From positions 29,252 to 93,251 of the forward strand of contig CAWGIZ010000010.1 in NCBI GenBank assembly GCA_963822835.1: a stretch of DNA of 64,000 nt, written 5' to 3'. Source of the stretch: an uncultured Alphaproteobacteria bacterium. GTDB lineage: Bacteria > Pseudomonadota > Alphaproteobacteria > CAVTAV01. A model generated the notes under the pieces. That model was given only the letters and a program-made list of their open reading frames with translations, searched no databases and was not told where the DNA came from. Shown here piece after piece: positions 51,373 to 59,482 of the stretch (position 1 is the first letter of the stretch; each line of letters begins with the position of its first letter). The position numbers were made by a program, and so were the translations under genes.

Positions 51373-53634
51373 ATGCTGAGAACCCTGCGACGCAACACGC
51401 TGACGCGCCCGATCTTCCGCTGGGCGCGCAAGGCGCTTCCGACCATGTCGGAGACCGAGCGCGAGGCGCTGGAAGCCGGCGACGTGTGGTGGGATGCGGA
51501 GCTTTTCTCGGGCAATCCCGACTGGGCGAAGCTGCGCGGCACGTCCGCGCCGGCTCTTTCGGAAGAGGAGCGCGCCTTCTTCGACGGGCCGGTCGCGGAG
51601 CTCTGCGCCATGCTCGACGACTGGAAGATCTCCTGGGAGCTGAAGGACCTGCCGCCCGAGGTCTGGGCGTTTCTCAAGAAACACAAGTTCTTCGGCATGA
51701 TCATCCCGAAGAGCGACGGCGGGCTCGGCTTCTCGGCCTATGCCCATTCCGAGGTCGTGCGCAAGATCTCGACCTATTCGGTCACCGCCGCGGTCACCGT
51801 GATGGTGCCGAACTCGCTCGGACCCGGCGAGCTTCTCCATCAGTTCGGCACGGAAGAACAGCGCAAATACTGGCTGCCGCGTCTCGCCGCCGGAGAAGAA
51901 ATCCCCTGCTTCGGGCTCACCAGCCCCGAGGCGGGATCGGACGCGGCCTCGATGATCGACACCGGCGTCATCTGCCGGGGCGAGGGGGCAAGCGGCAACG
52001 AGCTCGGCATCCGTCTCAACTGGCACAAGCGCTATATCACCCTGGGGCCCGTGGCGACGGTCCTGGGCCTCGCCTTCAAGCTGGAGGATCCGGACCATCT
52101 TCTCGGCAACCGGGAGGATCTCGGCATCACCGTCGCGCTGGTGCCGACGAATCTCAAAGGCGTCGAGATCGGCCGCCGCCATCTGCCCGCGCTGCAGGTT
52201 TTCCAGAACGGCCCGAACTGGGGCCACGACGTGTTCATTCCGATCGACCATGTGATCGGCGGCGAAGCCCAGATCGGCAAGGGCTGGAAGATGCTGATGA
52301 GCGCGTTGGCCGCCGGGCGGGGCATTTCGTTGCCTTCGCTCTCCGCCGCCGGCGCGGCCTTCACGGCGCATACGACCGGCGCCTATGCGCGCGTCCGGCA
52401 GCAGTTCAACATCGCCATCGGCAAGTTCGAGGGCGTGCAGGAGCGCCTGGCCGCGCTCGCGGGCAATGCCTATCTGCTCGATGGCGCGCGGCGTCTGACC
52501 TGCGCGGGACTGGACGAAGGCCGCAAGCTCGCGGTCGTCTCGGCGATCCTCAAATCCCATGCGACGGACCGGCTGCGCGACTCCGTCAACGACGCGATGG
52601 ACGTTCATGCCGGCAAGGCGGTGATCGAAGGACCGCTCAATTATCTCGGGAGCCTTTACCGCGCCGTGCCGGTCGGCATCACCGTCGAGGGCGCGAATAT
52701 CCTGACCCGGAATCTGATCATCTTCGGCCAGGGCGCGATCCGCTGCCATCCTTATCTCCTCGCCGAAATGACGGCGCTGGAGAAGGCCGACCGCAAGGCG
52801 GCGCTCGCCGAGTTCGACAAGGCATTCTGGAGCCACGTCGCGCACAGCGTCGCGACGCTGGGCCGCGCCTGGGCGCGTGCCTGGACCGGCGGGGCCACAT
52901 CACCCGCGCCGGATATGCCTCGTCTTGCAAGGCATTATAAGGCGCTCGGCCGCTATGCCGCCGGTTTCGCGCTCACCGCCGACATCGCGCTGTTGACGCT
53001 CGGCGGCGCCCTGAAGCGCAAGGAGATGCTGTCGGCGCGCCTGGGAGACATTCTCTCCGAGCTCTATCTTCTCTCGGCGGTGCTGAAGCGCTGGGAAGAC
53101 GAAGGCAGGCACGACGAGGATCTGCCGATCGTCGATTATTGCTGCGAACGCGGCTACGCCACGATCGAGCGCCGCTTCGCCGGGATCTTCGCCAATCTGC
53201 CGAGCCGGGGCATGGCGTGGCTGCTCAAGGTCATCGTGCTGCCGCTCGGCGCCCGCGCGAAAGGGCCGAGCGACAGGCTGGCCCGGACCTGCGCCGAATT
53301 GCTTCTCGAGCCGTCGGCGACGCGCGACCGGCTGACGCCCGATATCAACCGGGGCAACGGCGCCAATGGCGTCGGCCTGCTGGAGGCTGCCTTTCGGCTG
53401 TCTGTCGAGACGGAGCCCTTGCAAAAGAAGATCAAACAGGCGCGGATTCGCGACATTTCGGAAGCGCTTGCCGCCGGGGTGCTGACCAACGAGGAAGCCG
53501 AGCGTCTCGGCGAGGCCGCGGCCGCGGTCAGGGCCGTCGTCGCGGTCGATGATTTCGCCCCGTCGGATCTCGTCTCCGGAAATGCCGCCGCCGCGACGCA
53601 CGGCCACGAACGGAAAACAGCGACTTCCAGTTGA
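51373..53634 (+). CDS. fadE: large FadE-type acyl-CoA dehydrogenase
   Basis: GGAGG 8 nt upstream of ATG 51373. RPIFRWARKALPTMSETEREALEAGDVWWDAELFSGNPDW; CFGLTSPEAGSDAASM; ..TVEGANILTRNLIIFGQG. Confidence 0.9.
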   Translation: MLRTLRRNTLTRPIFRWARKALPTMSETEREALEAGDVWWDAELFSGNPDWAKLRGTSAPALSEEERAFFDGPVAELCAMLDDWKISWELKDLPPEVWAFLKKHKFFGMIIPKSDGGLGFSAYAHSEVVRKISTYSVTAAVTVMVPNSLGPGELLHQFGTEEQRKYWLPRLAAGEEIPCFGLTSPEAGSDAASMIDTGVICRGEGASGNELGIRLNWHKRYITLGPVATVLGLAFKLEDPDHLLGNREDLGITVALVPTNLKGVEIGRRHLPALQVFQNGPNWGHDVFIPIDHVIGGEAQIGKGWKMLMSALAAGRGISLPSLSAAGAAFTAHTTGAYARVRQQFNIAIGKFEGVQERLAALAGNAYLLDGARRLTCAGLDEGRKLAVVSAILKSHATDRLRDSVNDAMDVHAGKAVIEGPLNYLGSLYRAVPVGITVEGANILTRNLIIFGQGAIRCHPYLLAEMTALEKADRKAALAEFDKAFWSHVAHSVATLGRAWARAWTGGATSPAPDMPRLARHYKALGRYAAGFALTADIALLTLGGALKRKEMLSARLGDILSELYLLSAVLKRWEDEGRHDEDLPIVDYCCERGYATIERRFAGIFANLPSRGMAWLLKVIVLPLGARAKGPSDRLARTCAELLLEPSATRDRLTPDINRGNGANGVGLLEAAFRLSVETEPLQKKIKQARIRDISEALAAGVLTNEEAERLGEAAAAVRAVVAVDDFAPSDLVSGNAAAATHGHERKTATSS

Positions 53635-53740
53635 GAGGCGGCCCTATTCGCGCCATGATGCGCGGCGAAACTGGCGGCGACTGGGGAAGCGCGCGCCGGA
53701 TCTTGGATGAGACATCTGGAATCTTTTGGGAGGCCACACA

Positions 53741-54805
53741 ATGAAAGCACCGATCGTCACGACATTTCTTCTGGCGGCTTTGGGATTGAGCCTGTCCGTT
53801 CTTGCGTCCGGCAAGGCACGGGCCGAAGAGTTCAAGACCTGCGGCCAGGAAGGCAAACTGACCCTCTTGTGCGGTCCCGAAGGCGTCGAGGACATGCAGT
53901 GGATCGAGGGCACCGATTGGGTGATCGGCAGCGGCATGCGCGCCAAGGACACCGACGGACTGCGCCTCATCAATATCGCCAGGAAGACGTGGTCCCGGTT
54001 CTATCCGAGCCCGGAGGCCAAGACCGATCAGGACAAGAAGGATTACGCGAAGTGCCCCGGCGCGCCCGATCCCAAGACCTTCTCGGCGCATGGTATCGCG
54101 CTCAAGCAGACCGGTCCGAATGCCTATCAGGTGCTCGCCGTCAATCATGGCCGCGAGGCGGTCGAGGTCTTCAACGTCGATACCAAATCCGGCACCCCGG
54201 CGATCACCTGGATCGGCTGTGTGGTGATGCCGGACACCGTCTATATGAATTCGGTGACGTTCCTGCCCAAGGACGGCTTCGCCACTACCCAGTTCTATAA
54301 CCGCGCGGACAAGCGGGGCATGATCGCGATCTTCGCCGGCGAGAACACCGGCGGCGTCTACGAATGGCATGCCGGCACCGGCCTGACCGAATTACCGGGC
54401 ACCGATATGAGCGGCGCGAACGGCATTGCGATCTCGCCGGACGGCAAGCGGCTCTATGTCGCGGCCTGGGGCGGCCACAAGATCGTGCGCTTCTCGTTCG
54501 AACCCGGCGGCACCACGAAGGCCGAGGCCGATGTCGATTACTCGCCGGACAATGTCCGCTGGGCGCCGGATGGCTCGCTGCTGGTGGCCGGCCAGCACAG
54601 CACGCGCGACCCCGAGGCGGCGTCCCCCGTGTTCAAGGGCTGGGAAGTCGTGAGGCTCAACCCGGACACCATGGCGGTGACCAAGATCGCCGAAGGCGCG
54701 CCGGACTCGATGCTGCAGGGCGTCAGCAACGCGATCGAAATCAACGGCACCCTGTGGCTCGGTGCTTTCGCCGGAGACAAGATCGGCTATATGCCGCTGA
54801 AATAG
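53741..54805 (+). CDS. secreted six-bladed beta-propeller protein (SMP-30/gluconolactonase/LRE-like), paralogue 1
   Basis: Signal MKAPIVTTFLLAALGLSLSVLASGKARA. SGANGIAISPDGKRLYVA; PDNVRWAPDGSLLVAG; ..GTLWLGAFAGDKIGYMPLK. Confidence 0.7.
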   Translation: MKAPIVTTFLLAALGLSLSVLASGKARAEEFKTCGQEGKLTLLCGPEGVEDMQWIEGTDWVIGSGMRAKDTDGLRLINIARKTWSRFYPSPEAKTDQDKKDYAKCPGAPDPKTFSAHGIALKQTGPNAYQVLAVNHGREAVEVFNVDTKSGTPAITWIGCVVMPDTVYMNSVTFLPKDGFATTQFYNRADKRGMIAIFAGENTGGVYEWHAGTGLTELPGTDMSGANGIAISPDGKRLYVAAWGGHKIVRFSFEPGGTTKAEADVDYSPDNVRWAPDGSLLVAGQHSTRDPEAASPVFKGWEVVRLNPDTMAVTKIAEGAPDSMLQGVSNAIEINGTLWLGAFAGDKIGYMPLK

Positions 54806-54860
54806 CCCGATGAAATGGCCGGGCCATTCGCATGGAAACGATATTAGGGAGACGACCGAG

Positions 54861-55940
54861 ATGAGGACTCTGGCTCTGTGGGGATCGGCGCTGGCGGGCG
54901 TTCTCGCCACCGGCATCCTGATTCTTGCTCCGGGCGGCGGCGTGGCGGCGGACGAGACCGCCGCCAATAGCTGCGCGCCCTACGGCAAGATGAAACTCAT
55001 CTGCGGCCTCAAGAATCCCGAAGACCTGATGCCGATCCCGGGCACCAAATGGATCATCTCGAGCGGCATGTCCGGCCAGGGCACGTCGGGTCATTTCTAT
55101 CTGGTCGACGGCGTCGCCAAGACCTTCGAGATCCTGTTTCCCGGCGACGATCCGAAGCTCAAATGGAATCAGGAGATGTTTCCGAATTGTCCTGGTCCGC
55201 TCGACCTGACCAAGTTCTCGGTGCACGGGCTGTCGCTCCGGGCCGAGGGCGAGGCCGGTCATTACAAGATGTACATCACGAGCCACGGCGCCCGGGAGGC
55301 GGTGGAGGCCTTCGACCTCGACGCCAGCGGCGACAAGCCGGCGCTCACCTGGGTCGGCTGCGTCACGCTGCCGGAGAAGACGTTCTCCAATTCGGTCGCG
55401 ATCCTGCCCGATGGCGGTTTCGTGGTGACCAAGTTCATGGATCCGACCGTGCCGAACGCCTTCGCCGGCATCATGCAGGGCAAGGTGACCGGCGTGGTGT
55501 TCGAGTGGCATCCGGGCGACGCCGAGGTGAAGCCGATCCCGGGCACCGAGCTTTCCGGGCCGAACGGGATCGAAGTGTCGCCGGACGGCAAGACGATGTA
55601 TGTCGCCGTCAGCGGCGCGCAACAGGTCAACGAATATGCGCTCGGCGACGAGCCCAGGCTGCTCGGCTCGGCGAAGCTCGATATCCGGCCCGACAATATC
55701 CGCTGGGGACCGTCCGGCAAGCTCTGGGCGGCGGGCGGTGTCGCGATGGCGCCGGCGCAGGGCGGTCCGGCCGGCTGGCAGGTCGTGGCGATCAATCCGG
55801 AGACGATGGAGGCGAATACGCTCGTGGTCATGGACGGCAAGAGCCCGATCCCGACCATCAGCGTCGGCGTGCGCGCCGATGGTGCGGTCTGGGTCGGCAG
55901 TTTTTCCGGCGACAAGATCGGCTATGTGGAAATGAAATAA
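54861..55940 (+). CDS. secreted six-bladed beta-propeller protein, paralogue 2
   Basis: Signal MRTLALWGSALAGVLATGILILAPGGGVAA. Colinear with paralogue 1 (SGPNGIEVSPDGKTMYVA; PDNIRWGPSGKLWAAG; AVWVGSFSGDKIGYVEMK). Confidence 0.7.
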   Translation: MRTLALWGSALAGVLATGILILAPGGGVAADETAANSCAPYGKMKLICGLKNPEDLMPIPGTKWIISSGMSGQGTSGHFYLVDGVAKTFEILFPGDDPKLKWNQEMFPNCPGPLDLTKFSVHGLSLRAEGEAGHYKMYITSHGAREAVEAFDLDASGDKPALTWVGCVTLPEKTFSNSVAILPDGGFVVTKFMDPTVPNAFAGIMQGKVTGVVFEWHPGDAEVKPIPGTELSGPNGIEVSPDGKTMYVAVSGAQQVNEYALGDEPRLLGSAKLDIRPDNIRWGPSGKLWAAGGVAMAPAQGGPAGWQVVAINPETMEANTLVVMDGKSPIPTISVGVRADGAVWVGSFSGDKIGYVEMK

Positions 55941-55953
55941 GGAAAGTTTGTTT

Positions 55954-56610
55954 ATGGAGTACGATCCCGCGCAGGACGATCACGGCCTGCCGTTCAACCC
56001 GTTCAAGGCCTGTGTCGTTCCGCGCCCCATCGGCTGGATTTCCACCACGAGCGCCGATGGCCTCGATAATCTGGCGCCCTACAGCCAGTTTCAGATGGTG
56101 ACCTACGATCCGGCGATCGTGATGTTTTCGGCCAATCTCACGCCGGACGGCCGCCGCAAGGACACGGTGCTGAATATCGAGGCGACCGGCGAGTTCGTCT
56201 GGAACATGGCGACCTATGATCTGCGCGAGGCCGTCAATCTGTCCTCCACCTTCCTCGATACGGGGGTGGACGAGTTCGAGTTTACCGGTCTCGCCAAGGC
56301 GCCGTCCGTCAAGGTAAAGCCGCCGCGCGTCGCGGCGTCGCCGGTGCATTTCGAATGCGTCCATATGAACAGCCTGCGCCTGCCGGGCGACAGCGTCATG
56401 GGCACGGTCGACGTGGTGTTCGGCAAGGTGGTGCGGATTCATATCGCGGACGAGGCGATCAAGAATGGCCGCCTCGATTATCCGAAGATCCGGCCTCTGG
56501 CCCGGCTCGGCTATTATGACTATACCTCGGTCAATTCCGTCTTCGAATTGAAGCGGCCGGGAGAGTCGCGGCACCAGCTTCGCGGCATGGAGGGATTGCG
56601 GGATCGCTGA
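55954..56610 (+). CDS. flavin reductase-like FMN-binding (split-barrel) protein
   Basis: AAGGAAAG upstream of ATG 55954. FKACVVPRPIGWISTTSADGLDNLAPYSQF..; ..RPLARLGYYDYTSV. Confidence 0.8.
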   Translation: MEYDPAQDDHGLPFNPFKACVVPRPIGWISTTSADGLDNLAPYSQFQMVTYDPAIVMFSANLTPDGRRKDTVLNIEATGEFVWNMATYDLREAVNLSSTFLDTGVDEFEFTGLAKAPSVKVKPPRVAASPVHFECVHMNSLRLPGDSVMGTVDVVFGKVVRIHIADEAIKNGRLDYPKIRPLARLGYYDYTSVNSVFELKRPGESRHQLRGMEGLRDR

Positions 56611-56659
56611 GATGCGGGTCCAATGTCCTCAAGCGGGGAGGGGGAACGACGGGGAAAGG

Positions 56660-57846
56660 ATGAGCGCGAGAATGTGTAGGCTCAGTTCGATTGTCGCCGG
56701 CGCCCTTGCCCTGGGGCTGACCGCATCCGGCATTGCCGCAGCGCAGGCCCAGACCGCAGACACAGGCTCCCTACGATGCGTCGCGGCCGCCAGCGGGCGT
56801 GACCCTCAGCCTTGGCGATCCGTTCTCCGGTTTGGTCTGCGGCGGCGCCCTTCAGCCGAGCTGGAATCTCTCGCTCGATCAGGTCGCCCGCTTCGCCTCG
56901 AGTCAGCTCGCGGCCTGCGATCTCGATCTGACGCTCGCCACCATCGACGGTCATGTCTCGACCGCTTATGACGAGATCATGGCTGCCGAGGCGGAAAACT
57001 GGAACGCCTGGAACGCCGCGGCGGCCTTTCTGCCCGGTCCCGCCGATGCCGCGGCCGATGATCGCACGGCCCGGGTTCACGACGCGCAAAATCGCATCCA
57101 GAACGACCGGAACGGCCTCCGCTTCCTCGCCAAGCTTGCCGCCGTGCTGCAATTTCCGCCGCCGCCCAAGCCAGTGACGTTGCCGACCGGGCAGGGCGTG
57201 ACCGATCTTCTGGGCCAGCCGCAGGCACCCGCCGGTCAGACGCCCGTTCAGAATCCGGGCCAGATCCGGCCAGAATCCGGCCCCATCCGCCAATCAGAAC
57301 TACGAACCGGGCGCGGTCGCCGCTACCCAGCTTCCACCGGTGCCGGGGGATGCCGCCGCGGCGCTGGAAACGCCGCCTGCCATCGCGCCGGCCGATGCCG
57401 GTCACGATGCCGGTCTTGGCGCGACTCCCGCCGAACCGAGCCCCCAGATCGCTTGCGTCAACAACACGTCCTGGGTCATCGCGGCGCGTCCGGCGCAGAA
57501 CAAGGATCAGCTGGTGGTCGACGATCCGGTCGCCGGTCAGGCTTTGGCCTGGCTTGCGAATCAAGCGGCCAGCGACGCCGGCTCGCCGGTATTCCACAGC
57601 TTCGCCGCCTGTCCGGGCGCCGTGCCGCAATATCAGACGGCCGCTCAGGCGCCGTCGCCGGGCGCCGCGCAAGGCATCATTCCGCCGGCCCTGCCGCTGG
57701 AGCCGCAACCCGGAGTTCAGCCGGCCGAAACCGTGCCTTCCGGGACCGTTCCGTCGCCCGATGGCTCTCAAGCCTTGCCAACGGGCGGCGATACGGGGCA
57801 ACAAGGGGCTTATCCGGCCCCGCGGCCGGGCGGACAACAAGATTAA
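56660..57846 (+). pseudogene. secreted Pro/Ala/Gln-rich hypothetical protein; 2 frame breaks (about 56770, 57265)
   Basis: Signal MSARMCRLSSIVAGALALGLTASGIAAAQA. Middle and C-terminal parts in two other frames, both with strong GC3 bias (..ATIDGHVSTAYDEIMAAEAENWNAWNAAAAF..; ..ACVNNTSWVIAARPAQNKDQLVVDD..). Confidence 0.5.
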
Positions 57847-57858
57847 CTCAAGGTTAAC
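57843..57858 (+). promoter_or_regulatory. full CtrA-box consensus TTAA-N7-TTAAC
   Basis: TTAACTCAAGGTTAAC read directly, 68 nt upstream of the PAS gene start (57926). Overlaps the stop codon of the preceding gene. Confidence 0.5.
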
Positions 57859-57925
57859 TGAGCCCCGTTAGGGTCGCTCAAATGAGCCGGGCTCCGCCCC
57901 GGCCACAGGTTTTCAGGGTGCTTTC

Positions 57926-58426
57926 ATGAGCGATAACGCCGCCTCGCAAGTCGACCTCAAGGCCGGTTCGGAACGCCGGATGATCAACCGGGTCGCCTCC
58001 TATTGGGAAGAGATCCGTGGCGAGCGGCATTTCCCCGCGATGACCGATATCGAACCGCATCGGCTCGACGACATCAGATCGAACTGCTTCGTGCTCGATG
58101 TCAGCGGCTCCGTCGAGGAACCGATCGTCCGTTTCGTCGGCGAAACGTTGTCGGAGGGCGGCAAGGTGGCGCGGGCCGGGGAATCGCTCAACACGGTGCC
58201 GAAGCGGACCCTGTTCGGCCGCGTCTCCGATCACTTCCTGGAATGCGTCGCGCATGGCGCGCCGGTCGGCATCGAGGCCGAGTTCGATGACGACAAGGGC
58301 GAGACGATCATGTATCGCGGCGTGTTGCTGCCGTTCAGCGACGACGATGCCAGCGTCGATTTCGTTCTCGGCGCGATCAATTTCAAGAACAAGGCGGACG
58401 AGAGCTGGACATTCCGGACGGGATGA
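57926..58426 (+). CDS. stand-alone PAS-fold (PAS_5-like) protein
   Basis: Intact 166 aa. ..RVASYWEEIRGERHFPAMTDIEPHRLDDIRSNCFVLDV..MYRGVLLPFSDD.. The stop overlaps the next start (ATGA). Confidence 0.7.
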   Translation: MSDNAASQVDLKAGSERRMINRVASYWEEIRGERHFPAMTDIEPHRLDDIRSNCFVLDVSGSVEEPIVRFVGETLSEGGKVARAGESLNTVPKRTLFGRVSDHFLECVAHGAPVGIEAEFDDDKGETIMYRGVLLPFSDDDASVDFVLGAINFKNKADESWTFRTG

Positions 58427-59314
58427 CCGACGACGAGATCGAGCTGGAGCCCGGCGCCGAGGAAGACGAATTCGCCGCCGAAATGATCGCCGGCAATGAC
58501 GACGAGCCGCCGGCCGCCGAAGAAATCCTCCACACCGGACGAATTACCGGCTCCCGAATTACCGGCGCCCGAACAGCCGGAACAGGAACCGCCCGCCACC
58601 GAGATGCCGAGCGCGGGCGAGCTGCTCTCGGCGCTGTCCCGCTGCCAGACCCTGGCGCGCGAGGCGAACGAGAGCCAGAGCCGGTCGCGCGACGCGCTCT
58701 ACACCGCGCTCGCGGAAGCCTACAGTTTCCGTTTCGAAGCCGAGGCCGCGCCCGAAGCCTATGCAGAGATCCTCGCGGATGCCGGGATCGAATGGCAGGA
58801 CCGCGCGCCCTATACGCCGATCGTCAAGCTGGTGTTCGGTGCCGATTACGACAAGACCCGCATTTCGGAATACGCCACCGCCCTGGCCTACGGCCTGCGT
58901 CACGGCGTGCCCCAGCACGAGTTCAAGATCTTCCTCGAAATGCAGGAAGGCGGCATCAAGGCCTGCGTGTCGGCCGAACGCGCCGCCAAGCGGGCCGAAA
59001 AGGGCGAAGCCTGGGATTCGATCGCTTTCGCACGCTCGGTCCTGCGCGACCAGCCGTCGCTTGCCCGTCTCTACGATCTCGATACCGGCGACGACGAATC
59101 CGAGTTCGTGCTGATCCTCGCCCGCCGCGAGCCCGACCGGCAGGCGGTCGATATCGTCAAGGTGCTGCACGAGAAGCCGTCGATCGTGGACGGCATCCTG
59201 CGCCGGGCGGCGATCGGCGTGTCCAGCCCGGCCCGGTCTGACGACGAACTGGGTGGGGACGAGCTGGGCGGGGACGGCTCCTCGCTGCCGGATCCGGACG
59301 AAACCCGGGACTGA
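58423..59314 (+). pseudogene. acidic hypothetical protein, translationally coupled to the PAS gene; probable frame break near 58535 (alternative: intact ORF from ATG 58496)
   Basis: 58423-58530 has coding-type GC3 bias in frame 1 (MTDDEIELEPGAEEDEFAAEMIAGNDDEPPAAEEILH). The body is in frame 2 (DELPAPELPAPEQPEQEPP..YSFRFEAEAAPEAYAEILADAGIEWQDRAPYTPIVKLVFG..). Confidence 0.55.
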
Positions 59315-59482
59315 GCTCCGCCGTTTCCGGCTCCACCTTGTCTTCACGGCTCCACCGCTCGTAGACTAAGGTTAACGAGGCGGATATGCCGTGCTTCATA
59401 TTTCGGCAATCCTGATCGCTTAGGGTTAATCCGCGCACGGCCGGTACGCAGCAATCCGGCCCCATCCAGCGGGGACGCATCC

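Noticed and set aside
50923-52940. 640-aa minus ORF and 539-aa plus ORF overlapping fadE
   Set aside because: Both are alternative frames of the fadE region (51373-53634). Only the fadE frame gives acyl-CoA dehydrogenase motifs.
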